The notes under the pieces: model-generated | The model's database searches: none | Seen by the model: the letters and a program-made list of their open reading frames with translations, nothing else | Told to the model about the DNA's origin: nothing | Shown here: positions 52,001-63,900 of the stretch, piece after piece | How the letters are laid out: each line of letters starts with the position of its first letter | Position numbering within the stretch: position 1 is the first letter of the stretch | NCBI GenBank assembly: GCA_965204745.1 | Contig: OZ242010.1 | Location: 5,248,001-5,312,000 of the forward strand | DNA length: 64,000 bases | From: Candidatus Latescibacterota bacterium | Lineage (GTDB): Bacteria; Latescibacterota; UBA2968 | Direction of reading: 5' to 3' | Made by a program: the position numbers and the translations under genes

Positions 52001-55000
52001 CTTTAGTCTGCCCACCAAACCGCCGGCCCCGTCATGAATCCGCCCTCCGGAGACCTCAGCATTGGCATAGCTGGCCGCGATGACGGTATTATTACCGTTT
52101 GATTCACCCGCTAAACCGCCCACATCGTGACCAGTACCCTCAACGCGACCCGTGACATAACAGCCCAGGATGCGACCACCCACCTGATTACCGACCAACC
52201 CACCCACTTGATTTCTGCCTCTTACATTGACACTTTTCAGCCCCAGACCGGAAATGTTGCCGCTGACACGGCCGAACAGCCCAACATCATCCTGACCACG
52301 GTTGATGTGCAGGTTGGAGATGGTCTTGTTATTGCCCTTGAACGTGGTTGAGTAGGTGCCTCCGATGGGCGACCAGTTGGGGTAGGTGTCGGCAGAGGTG
52401 ACGCTCCCGCTCCCGTCGGTGTCGAAATTTAGGTTGTTGAGCAGTTCGTAGCCGGTGCATGTCCCGGAAGGACAACCCATCCGGACGTTGCTGGTGGTGT
52501 CGCGGTTGGGAAAGGCGGCGTTGTAGTTCGTGATATCACTATCGGCGACGATCCCATCGCCGTTGAGATCCCAGCGGATGGCATGCAGTTGCGCCAGCGT
52601 CTCAATGTCGATGAGGCTATCGCCATCGCTGTCGTAATTGAACCCTTGGGGCGTGCCCATGACCTCGTCCGAGGGCGTGCTATCCATCCCACCTGCCAGG
52701 GTAGCAAGGACGCGCACGGTGTAGGTCGTGCCAAAAGTCAGGTTCTCTATCGTATAGGTCGTGGTGCTCCCTCCAGAGACCGTCTCCTGGCGAGAAGAGG
52801 TGTTGTAGGTCTGTTGTCCGGACTTCCACTGCACCTTGTATCCCGTCGCACCGGTTGCCTCGGTCCAAGCCACAATGAGTTGGACCGGCCCCGGCGTCAC
52901 GCGCACATTGGTGGGTTTGGTTGTCGCCGAGGTCACCATGACTTCCTCCGAGGGGGCACTGTCGGCTAAATTGATATTGGTACTCGTGGCGATGACGCGA
53001 ATCGTGTAGGTCGTCCCTGCGGTCGGCCCAGAAATTTTGTAGGTCGTGGTGCGCCCGTCAGAGATTGTGGCTTGCCCGTGCGTGGCGGCCTGAGAATCGG
53101 AGGTGGGATAAGTCGTTGCCCCGGATTTCCACTGCACCTTATACCCGGTGGCATCGTCCACCACATTCCAAGTCACGGTCAGCGTGTCCACCTTCGCCGC
53201 CACCATCACAGCCGGACTGCCCAGCAAGGCGAGAACGCCGGTCTGCTCTGCCGAGGGTGTGCTATCGGGCGCACCGGTCTTGGTGGCAATGACACGCACT
53301 GTGTAGGTCGTCTCGCCGAGCAAGTTGGGGATCTTGTAGCGCGTCCCCGTGACGATCCCCTGACGCGAGGCGGCGTAGCTCTGATCGCCGGATTTCCACT
53401 GCACCTTGTACCCCGTCGCATAACTCGACGCACGCCAACGCACATCCTAAGGTGTCCACTTTTGGCGTTACGGTCACACTTGTCGGAATGCCCGGCGGTT
53501 GCAAGTTATACTGCACGGTGGTGTCCATGCCGGCATATTTCAACACGGGATATTGATCTGTCTTGCCAAAGGTCCACGGCTCGTCGTTGCCGGGTTGTCC
53601 GTCGAGGTTGGCGTTCCAAGTGGAGAAGATGAGGGTGTAGCCGGTGGGGGATTGGAGCGCGCTGGTCGTCTGGCCGGTAACGCCGCTACCGCCGGCGCTG
53701 GTTGTGCAACCGTTGCTACCGCCGGATGTACAGCCGCTGGTTTGGGTGTCCCAGTAGCTTGCGGTGCCGCCCGTGCCGGAGCCTATCAACCCGCCGACGA
53801 GTGGAGAACTGCCGGTGCCGATAACCGTGCCGATGGAGTAGGAGTTCGTTACGGTGCCGCCTTGGCTTGCTCCCAGCAGTCCGCCGACGTGCTCAGGGCC
53901 GCTGACGGATGCGGTGGAGTAGCTTGAGGTAATCGCGTTGGGCGTCCATCCGACCAGTCCGCCGGCGGTCCTAGTCGTCGCCGAAACGCTGCCGGTGGAG
54001 TAGCAGGCGACGACTGTGCCGCGCAGGGCACCGACCAGAGCGCCGGCATATTCGCCTCCCGCAACACTGGCGTTGGTTATGCCGACGGACTCGATGCGGG
54101 AGGCGGTGTCGGCATTGCCGAATAATCCCACTTCAACGACGGCGGGTCGGTTGATGGTCAGGTTGTCGATAGTGTAGCCGTTGCCCTTGAAATCGCCGGT
54201 GTATCTGGCGGCGTTTGTGCCGATGGGTAGCCAGCCGTCGCCGTTGTTCCAGTAGGTGGCGTCTGCTGAAGTGATTTCGCCGTCGCCATTCTCGTCAAAG
54301 TCGAGGTTGTTGAGCAGTTCGTAGCCGGTGCAGGTCCCGGAAGGGCAACCCATCCGGACGTTGCTGGTGATGTCTCGGTTGGGAAAGGCGGCGTTGTAGG
54401 CGGTCGTATCGCTGGTTGAGGCACTTGCGTCTATGGCACCATCGCCGTTGAGATCCCAGCGGATGGCATGCAGTTGCGCCAGCGTCTCAATGTCGATGAG
54501 GCCATCGCCATCGCCATCGTAATCGATCCCTTGGGGCGTGCCCATGACCTCGTCCGAAGGCGTGCTATCGGTCCCACCTGCCAGGGTAGCAGTGACGCGC
54601 ACCGTGTAGGTCGTGCCAAAAGTCAGGTTCTCTATCGTGTAGGTCGTGGTGCTTCCTCCAGAGACCGTCTCCTGGCGATCAGATGTGTTGTATGCCTGTT
54701 GCCCGGACTTCCACTGTATCTTGTATCCCGTCGCGCCAGTTGCCTCGGTCCAAGCCACAAGGAGTTGGAAATGCCCCGGCGTCACGCGCACATTGGTGGG
54801 CTTGTTTGTCGCCGCAGTTACCATGACTTCCTCCGAAGGGTCACTGTCGGCGATATTGAGATTGGTACTCGTGGCGATGACGCGAATCGTGTAAGTCGTC
54901 CCTGCGGTCACATTGGAGATTTTGTAGGTCGTGGTGCTCCCGCCTGCGATGGTGGCTTGCCCGTGCGTGGCGGCGGACGTCAGATCGGAGGTGGGATAAG

Positions 55001-58000
55001 TCGCTACCCCGGATTTCCACTGCACCCTATACCCGGTTGCGTTGGACACCGCATTCCAAGTCACGGTCAGCGTGTCCACCTTCGCACTCGCCATCACAGG
55101 CGGACTGTCCAGCGTGGACACGATAAAGATGGATTGCTCTGCTGAGGGTGTGCCATCGCGGGCACCGGTCTTGGTGGCAATGACACGCACTGTGTAGGTC
55201 GTCCCAAACGTCAAGTTGGGAATCTTGTGGCGCGTCCCCGTGGTGGTGGCCTCACGCGAGGCGGTATCGTAGCTCTGCGTGCCGGATTTCCACTGCACCT
55301 TGTACCCCGTCGCATAACTCGCCGCAGTCCAACGCACGTCCAAGGTGTCCGCTTTTTGCGTTACTGTCACACTTGTCGGAATGCCCGGCGGTTGCATTGC
55401 AAATTGCGCGGTGGTGTCCATGCCGGCATACTTCAAGACCGGATACTGATCCGTCTTGCCAAAGGTCCACGGATCATCGCCGCCCGGTTGCCTGTCCAGG
55501 TTCAGGTCCCAATTCATTATGTAGATGCCGGTATAACCCGTGGGGCCTTGGAGACCGGCGGTGGTCTGGGGAGCACCGCGTCCGGTGTCGCTACGTTTAG
55601 AGGTGGTACTATCGTAGTAGCTATGGGTAATTGTTGAACTACTGTTGAGACCGACCAGGCCACCAACCTGTGAAGGAGCACTGACCGGGCCGATGGCATA
55701 GCTACCGGTTATCGTGCTGGAATAGAAGTTGGCACCGACCAGGCCACCGGTTCTATAGTTGCCGCTGACTACGCCGGTGGCATAGCTGGCGCGTATGATG
55801 GCCTTCGGGCTACCAAAGTTGCCGTGGAAGCCCACCAGGCCGCCGACGTAAGTAGTGCCGCTGACTGCGCCGGTAGCATAGCTAGCGGTTATCGTGCCGC
55901 GACTCCAGCCCACCAAGCCGCCGATGCTTATATTAGACCCAGTGACGTCCACCTCGGAACGACAGGCGGTAATGGTCGAGCTACCGTGCCGCAGCCAGCC
56001 CACCAAGCCGCCGCTTCGTGCATACCCGCTGACCTGTCCGGTAACGCGGATGTGCATGAGATGGAGCCTGTTGCCTTCGCCAACAAGGACTGCGGTTTCA
56101 GAATTGCCGGTCACATTGGCGTTCACCAGGCTCAAATTGCGGATCGTACCGTCCGCGGCAAAGCCGAACAGCCCGATGTCGTCGGCAGAGCGGTTGATAA
56201 ACAGGTTGGAGATGGTATAGTCGTTGCCGTGGAAGGTGCCGGTGTATTTCGTCGCACTGTTGCCGATGGGCGCCCAGCCTGCGCCGCTGTTCCAGTAGGT
56301 GGCGTCTGCTACGGTGATTTCGTTGTCGTTGTTCTCGTCGAAGTTGAGGTTGTTGAGCAGTTCGTAGCCGGTGCAGGTTCCGGAAGGGCAACCCATCCGG
56401 CCGCTACTGGTGGTAACGCGGTTGGGAAAGGCGGCGTTGTAGTTCATGGTATCATTATCGGCGACGACCCCATCGCCGTTGAGATCCCAGCGGATGGCAT
56501 GCAGTTGCGCCAGCGTCTTAATGTCGATGAGGCCATCGCCATCGCTGTCGTAATTGATCGCGTAGGGCGTGCCCATGACCTCGTCCGAGGGCGTGCTATC
56601 GGTCCCACCTGCCAGGGTAGCAGTGACGCGCACCGTGTAGGTCGTGCCAAAAGTCAGGTTCTCTATCGTGTAGGTCGTGGTGCTTCCTCCAGAGACCGTC
56701 TCCTGGCGATCAGATGTGTTGTAGCTTTGTCCACCGGACCTCCACTGCACCTTGTATCCCGTCGCGCCGGTTGCCTCGGTCCAAGCCACAATGAGTTGGG
56801 CCGGCCCCGGCGTCACGCGCACATTGGTGGGTCTGGTGGTCGCCAAGGTCACCATGACTGCGTCCGAGGGGACACTGTCGGCTAAATTGATATTGGTACT
56901 CGTGGCGATGACGCGAATCGTGTAGGTCGTCCCTGTGGTCAGCCCAGAAATTTTGTGGATCGTGGTGCCCCCGCCAGCGATGGTGGCTTGCCCGTGCGTG
57001 GCGGACTGCTCATCGGAGGTGGGATAAGTCGCTACCCCGGATTTCCACTGTACCTTATACCCGGTTGCGTTGGACACCACATTCCAAGTCACGGTCAGCG
57101 TGTCCACCTTCGCCGCCACCATCACAGCCGGACTGCCCAGCAAGGCGGGAACGCCGGTCTGCTCTGCCGAGGGTGTGCCATCGGGCGCACCGGTCTTGGT
57201 GGCAATGACACGCACTGTGTAGGTCGTCTCGCCGAGCAAGTTGGCGATCTTGTAGCGCGTCCCTGTGACGGTCTCCTCACGCGAGGCGGCGTAGCTCTGA
57301 TCGCCGGATTTCCACTGCACCTTGTACCCTGTCGCATAACTCGCCGCAGTCCAACGCACGTCCAAGGTGTCCGCTTTTGGCGTCACGGTCACACTGGTCG
57401 GCCTGCCCGGCGGTTGCAAGTTATACTGCACGGTGGTGTCCATGCCGGCATATTTCAAGACCGGATACTGATCCGCCGCGCCAAAGGTCCACGGATCATC
57501 GTCGCCGGGTTGTCCGTCGATGTTGGCGTTCCAGGTGGAGAAGATGAGGGTGTAGTCGGTGGGGGATTGGAGCGCGCTGGTCGTCTGGCCGGTAACGCCG
57601 CTACCGCCGGCGCTGGTTGTGCAACCGTTGGTGCCGCCGGATGTACAGCCGCTGGTTTGGGTGTCCCAGTAGCTTGCGGTGCCGCCCGTGCCGGAGCCTA
57701 TCAACCCGCCGATGAGTGGAGAACTGCCGGTGCCGATAACCGTGCCGATGGAGTAGGAGTTCGTTACGGAGCCGCCTTGGCTTGCTCCCAGCAGTCCGCC
57801 GACGTGCTCAGGGCCGCTGACAGATGCGGTGGAGTAGCTTGAGGTAATCGCGTTGGGCGTCCATCCGACCAGTCCACCGGCGACCCTAGTCGTCGCCGAA
57901 ACGTTGCCGGTGGAGTAGCAGGCGACGACTGTGCCGCGCAGGGCGCCGACCAGAGCGCCGGCATATCCGCTTCCTGCAACACTGGCGTTGGTTACGCCGA

Positions 58001-58520
58001 CGGACTCGATGCGGGAGGCGGTGTCAGTGGTGCCGAATAATCCCACTCCAGAGACGGCGGGGCGGTTGATGGTCAGGTTGTCGATAGTGTAGCCGTTGCC
58101 CTTGAAATCGCCGGTGTATCTGGCGGCGTCTGTGCCGATGGGGACCCAGCCGTCGCCGTCGTTCCAGTAGGTGGCGTCTGCTGAGGTGATTTCGCCATCG
58201 CTGTTCTCGTCAAAGTTGAGGTTGTTGAGCAGTTCGTAGCCGGTGCAGGTCCCGGAAGGGCAACCCATCCGGCCGCTACTGGTGGTGACGCGGTTGGGAA
58301 AGGCGGCGTTGTAGGCGGTCGTATCGCTGGTCGTGGCACTTGCGTCTATGGCACCATCGCCGTTGAGATCCCAGCGCATGGCATTGAGCTGGGCGAGGTT
58401 GGCTACATCAATGTAGCCGTCGTTGTTCATGTCGTAGTCGGTTTGGGCAAAAGCCGGCCCCGATGCCACCAGCATGGCCAGCGCGACCAGGGCCAACAAG
58501 TGAGCGTAGCGGGGCATCAT
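46070..58520 (-). CDS. Giant secreted adhesin-like protein: 6 GLUG-type modules, FN3 arrays, Calx-beta x2, dockerin-like tail; +1 frameshift near 53447
   Basis: Signal peptide MMPRYAHLLALVALAMLVASGPAFA, FN3 ATGYKVQWKSG and GGLVG repeats. The two ORFs join after removing one base, giving about 4150 codons. Confidence 0.85.
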
Positions 58521-58536
58521 TTTGTCCCCCTCTCGA

Positions 58537-58553
58537 GGGGGGGGGGGGGGGGG
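58537..58553. repeat. G17 homopolymer (C17 on the coding strand) just upstream of the adhesin RBS
   Basis: Read directly from the sequence. Confidence 0.9.
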
Positions 58554-58848
58554 TACACTGTACTGATCATCGTAACAGGCTGTTTTGCAATAAAATAGAA
58601 CCGCACTCCAAGACGAGGATGGGCGATATGAACGCCACTTTTCGCGGTGGGACAGGCTGGAAAAACATAGCGCCAAATGAGGTTCAAACAGCGGCTGAAA
58701 ATGGCGGTGATCATCTGAAGCCTCCTTTGCAAAGCTGTCGCACAGACCGGGTGCGACTTTTTCTTCGCGTTCAAAATCGCAATGGTGAACGGGAAAAATA
58801 TAGGGAATCGCGCTCTTGTTTGTCAAGCGGTAAAATGACGATGGGAAT

Positions 58849-59252
58849 TGGGACCTACCCCCTGGCCCCCTTCCTAAGAGGAAGGGGGAATGGCGAGAGG
58901 TTGTGCGAGGGATTGTGTGTAAGGGTTTTTGGATTTTCATGGCGTGATCCATTCGCCCAAAGCCATCAAAACAGCCCTGGATGCAAACCTTCAAGAAAGC
59001 CATGCGCTCCCCCTTTCCTTGTAGGAAAGGGGGCCGGGGGGATAGGTCCTGCGATGAAGGGGGAATGGCGAAAGGTTTTGCGAGGGATTGCGCGAGGGGG
59101 GTTTGGGGTTCTATGGCGTGATCCATTCGCCCAAAGCCATCAAAACAGCCCTGGATGCAAACCTTTAAGAAAGCCATGCGCTCCCCCTTTCCGCGTAGGC
59201 ACAGGCGTAGCCTACAATGAGCGAAGCGAATAACGGGGGCCGGGGGGATAGG
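58849..59252. repeat. Tandem composite REP-like elements (two ~180-bp units)
   Basis: ATGGCGTGATCCATTCGCCCAAAGCCATCAAAACAGCCCTGGATGCAAACC occurs twice. Related to 14463-14700. Confidence 0.85.
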
Positions 59253-59550
59253 GCTATGGCGACAGGGCGTGCGAAGGACACAGCGGAGTGGGAACGATGA
59301 AGCGGTGGTGGGGCGGTGGGTGGATCTCGCCTCTTACTTCTTGCCTCTTACTTGGGGATAGGGCTTGCGGTAGGGTGGTGTGGGGTAATCCGCGCAATCT
59401 GCGTAATCCGTTTAATCCGCGATTCAGACACGGCGGGGCGGATGGACAAGCACAGGGCATCGCCCCTACACACACTGCTCGTTTTTTGTGTTTTTGTGCC
59501 TTTGAACTGGCTGTTGCCAGTTGTACCCCGCTCGTGGCTAAACTTCCATC

Positions 59551-60543
59551 TCACCTCTTGCTGGGCGGATGGGGAAACGGGCGGGGACTGACCACTGCAT
59601 TTGCCTCTCCCGTCTTGCCTCTCCCGTCTTGCCTCTTCCCTCTCTCCTCTGCCCATGCCCGCAGGGGAATGTCATCTCCATTTTTTGTGAGCCAGTATTG
59701 AGACGAGGGGTGAAACTCGGATTCCGGGCCGAGGGGGTCGCCGCCGGATGCCAGCGCGCCGAGCAACTGTTGTCGAATGGGCGAACTGCGTTGGATGAGT
59801 GCCTCGTCTTGCGCGATGTAATCCGTTGGGCGCAGCCAGCGGTAGTGGTAGCCCACATGCATGATCTTCCGGGTTTTCCGCGACAAGTTCGGCCCGACGC
59901 AGTGCCAGACCGCTGTGCGCCACAACACGGCAGACCCGGCGCACAACTTGAGTTCCACGGCCTCTTCGGGGCTGACCACGCGCCCGGCGTCGCGCAGTTC
60001 CTCGGGCTTGCGCTTGTGGCTACCCGGCACCAACCACAAGTTGCCGCAGTTGGACTCGGTCATGTCGTAGAGCACGTAAAAAATCTTGATCTCCATGAAC
60101 GGCAACCGCCCGTCCAGCGAGGGCGCGAGAAACAGGGTGTCGCTCGCCAAATCCGGATGCCACGCGACATTGCGATACCCGGCTTCTTGATCCGCGCCCT
60201 TGCCCACGCCCACGTCGCCGGGCGTCATGCCTTCGGGATACGGCGGGCGATAATCCAAATGCGTGGTTCTGATCTGGATGTTCCACCCAATCGCATCCAC
60301 CACCAAAGGCAACATGCGCGGGTGGTCGATCAAGTCGAGAAACGCCTCGTGTTGCGACAAGGCATTCCGCACGGCAAACGGATCACTGGGGCACAAACCC
60401 TCGGCCGCCCGAACCCGCTCGGCCACCTCGTCAATCGCCAACAAGAGCCGATCCACCTCGGCCTGCGCCAAAAAATCCTCGAAAACGACAAATCCCTTTT
60501 CCTCAAAATCCCGCGCCTGCTCCTCGGTCATTGCAAGGGCCAT
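59551..60543 (-). CDS. Phytanoyl-CoA dioxygenase (PhyH) family Fe(II)/2OG oxygenase
   Basis: FEEKGFVVFEDFL, WHPD, LWLVPGSHK, WHCVGPN and RKIM. Confidence 0.88.
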   Translation of the reverse strand: MALAMTEEQARDFEEKGFVVFEDFLAQAEVDRLLLAIDEVAERVRAAEGLCPSDPFAVRNALSQHEAFLDLIDHPRMLPLVVDAIGWNIQIRTTHLDYRPPYPEGMTPGDVGVGKGADQEAGYRNVAWHPDLASDTLFLAPSLDGRLPFMEIKIFYVLYDMTESNCGNLWLVPGSHKRKPEELRDAGRVVSPEEAVELKLCAGSAVLWRTAVWHCVGPNLSRKTRKIMHVGYHYRWLRPTDYIAQDEALIQRSSPIRQQLLGALASGGDPLGPESEFHPSSQYWLTKNGDDIPLRAWAEERGKRQDGRGKTGEANAVVSPRPFPHPPSKR

Positions 60544-60571
60544 CGCGTTCCCCCTTCATTGCGAAAATGGA

Positions 60572-60928
60572 TTATTCATCCGCATCGGGCACCTTGCAGC
60601 AATTAGGCAACTGCTGATAGGCTGTGGAATCGGCCTGTTTGTCGTTGGCCGCATACCCCGATTGGACGATTGCCTGCTCCAATGCGGGCACATCGGTCAC
60701 TTTGGCGTCGAATGTCACCGTTGCGGTTTTGGCATTCAGCTCGACGCGCACATCTTGCACGCCCTCGACCTGTTTCACCGCTGTTTCCACGGTGTTGACG
60801 CACACCGCGCATTGCAGCGTCGGCAACTTCACTTCGGCGGTTGTGGCTTCCGACTTTGCCGAACAGCCGATATGGGCCGCGGCGCCGATTGCACACGCGA
60901 TCACCCAGGCAAAAATGCGAACCTTCAT
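60572..60928 (-). CDS. Heavy-metal-associated (HMA) domain protein, probable lipoprotein
   Basis: Signal ending IGC, LQCAVC (CxxC) and C-terminal LPNCCK. Confidence 0.88.
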   Translation of the reverse strand: MKVRIFAWVIACAIGAAAHIGCSAKSEATTAEVKLPTLQCAVCVNTVETAVKQVEGVQDVRVELNAKTATVTFDAKVTDVPALEQAIVQSGYAANDKQADSTAYQQLPNCCKVPDADE

Positions 60929-60965
60929 GATACACCTCCAAAAAAATATGGGTTGAGGCGCGGTC

Positions 60966-63900
60966 TCATTTTTCGCGCCCTTCGTTGAACTGCCTCTCCT
61001 TCCACAAGGCGTAAATCGCGGGGATCACCAAAAGCGTCAGGATCGTGGAGGACACCATCCCGCCGACCATCGGCGCGGCGATGCGTTTCATCGCCTCGGC
61101 GCCCGTGCCTGTGGACCACATGATCGGCAACAGGCCGACCATTGTCGAGAACACCGTCATCAACTTGGGCCGCACGCGCTCCACCGCGCCTGCGATGATG
61201 GCCCGGTTCAAGTCTGCCCGCGTCAGTGTCTCGCGTTCGTACGCCTGATTCAGATAGATCAGCATCACCACCCCGGTTTCGGCGGCCAGGCCGGCCAGTG
61301 CGATGAACCCGACGCCGACGGCAATGCTCATCTCGTAATCCAAAATATACAGCAACCATATCCCGCCGACCAGTGCAAAAGGCAGGGATAGCATGACGAT
61401 CAGGCTCTCGGCCACGGTTTTGAAATTCAGGTACAGCAGAATGAAAATGATCGCAAGGGTGACGGGTATGACCACCTTCAGCTTTTGCTCGGCGCGTAGC
61501 ATGTACTCGTACTGCCCGCTCCAGATCACGGTGTAGCCGGGGGGCATTGCCACCTGCTCCAAGACCGCCTGCCGCGCTTTTTCGACATAAGTGCCCACAT
61601 CCACGTCTCGGATATCCACGTAGATCCACGCATTGAGGCGGGCGTTCTCGCTCTTGATGCTCGGCGGGCCTTTCCGAATGCGGAGCGCAGCCAATTCGCC
61701 AAGGGGGATTTGCGCGCCCGTGGGCGTGGGGACGAAGACGCGCCGCAGTGCGGGCAAATTGTCGCGCAATTCCCGGCCGTAGCGCAAATTTATCGGGTAG
61801 CGCGCCAAGCCCTCGACAGCATGCGTGATGTTCTGCCCGCCGAGTGCGGTCACGATAATGTCCTGCACGTCTCCCACTGTGAGCCCGTAACGCGCAACGG
61901 CCTGTCGGTCGATTTCAAAATCGAGATAATTGCCGCCGGCAACGCGCTCGGCAAACGCGCTTTGCGTGCCCGGCAGGCCGCGCATGACCGCCTCGATTTG
62001 TTTGCCCAATGCCTGCAACGTGTCGAGGTTGTCGCCCACGACCTTGATGCCCACCGGGGTTTTGATGCCGGTCGAGAGCATGTCGATGCGCGTCTTGATC
62101 GGCATGGTCCACGCATTGGTCAGGCCGGGGAATTGGACCGCGCGGTCCAGTTCTCGAATCAATTTTTGCGGGGTCATGCCCTCGCGCCATTCGGATTCGG
62201 GTTTGAGCATAATGGTGGTTTCGATCATCGACAAAGGCGCGGGGTCCGTTGCGGTTTCTGCGCGTCCGATTTTGCCGAATACGTGTTCGACTTCCGGAAA
62301 CGTGCGGATGATTTTGTCGGTCTGTTGCAACAAGGCCCGCGCTTTGGTGATCGACACGCCGGGCAAGGTCGTGGGCATGTACAGCAGGTCGCCTTCGTAC
62401 AGGGGGGGCATAAATTCCGAGCCGATTTTTTCGAGTGGAAACAGCGCGTCCAATTTGACCAGCGCCTTGTGGGTCAGGCTTTGCGGATGGGTTGCAAAAC
62501 GCGAGACGACGAGATCGCGGAACGGGAACGCGGTCGCGAACAACGCGGCGCAGCCCAAGGCGACGGTCAGCAGTCGATGGTGCAACACCCAGTCGATCAT
62601 GGGGCGGTACAGAAAAATCAATCCCCGGTTGATGGGATTTTCCGCTTCGGGGCGGATTTTGCCGCGCACGAAAAAGGTCATCAGCACGGGCACGACGGTA
62701 ATCGCCAAGCATGCCGCCGCTACCATCGCATAAGTTTTGGTGTACGCGAGCGGTTTGAACAGCCGGCCTTCCTGCGCCTCGAGGGAAAAGACCGGCAAAA
62801 ACGACAGCGCGATGATCAGCATGGAAAAGAATAGGGAGGGCCCCACTTCTTTGGACGCGGCGATGACGATGTCCAGGTGCGGCTTTTTCCCGGCGTCGCG
62901 CTCGAGGTGCTTGTGAGCGTTTTCGATCATCACGATAGCCGCATCCACCATCGCGCCGATAGCTATGGCGATGCCGCCGAGGGACATGATATTCGAGTTG
63001 ACGCCCTGATGGTGCATGGCGATGAACGCGATCAATATCCCCATCGGCAAGGTGAACACCGCGACAAACGCGCTGCGAAAATGCAGGAGAAAGACCATGC
63101 ACACCACGGCCACGACCGCGATCTCTTCTAGCAGCTTTTGTCGCAAGTGATCGACCGCGCGCAAGATCAGCGCGGAGCGGTCATAATTGGGGATGACGAC
63201 CACGCCCTTGGGCAGGCCGGGTTTGAGCGTCTCGAGTTTTTGTTTGACCCGCTCGATCACTTTGAGGGCGTTTTCCCCGTAGCGCATGACCACGATGCCG
63301 CCGACCACTTCGCCCTCGCCATTCCACTCGGCCAAGCCCCGCCTGAGTTCCGGGCCCACTTGCACGGTCGCAATGTCTTTGACGCGAATGGGCGTGCCCT
63401 TGTCATCCACGCCGAGCGCGATGTGCTCGATGTCTGCCACAGAGCGGATGTAGCCCAAGCCGCGCACCATAAATTCCGTTTCGGCCAGTTCGACGAGCCG
63501 CCCGCCCACGTCGTCGTTGCTGCGCTGAATGGCCATCCGCACCTCTTGCAACGGGATGTTGTACGCCAGCAGGCGATGGGGATCCACCACGACTTGATAC
63601 TGTTTGACAAATCCCCCGACGGACGCCACTTCCGCGACGCCCTGCACGCTGCTCAATTCGTAGCGCAAGTACCAGTCTTGGATGGAGCGCAACTCCGACA
63701 AATCGCGCGTGCCCGTGGTGTCCAACACCGCGTATTGATAGACCCAACCCACGCCGGTCGCATCGGGCCCCAGCACGGGCGTGACCCCACGCGGCAATCT
63801 GCCGGACGCGGCATTGAGGTATTCCAATACCCGGCTGCGCGCCCAATACATGTCCGTGCCATCCTCAAAAATCACATAGACGTAAGACAGGCCAAAAAAC

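Noticed and set aside
58521-59177. N-terminal extension of the 1971-aa ORF
   Set aside because: It reads through REP repeats and the poly-C tract. The signal peptide and RBS indicate a start at 58520/58517.
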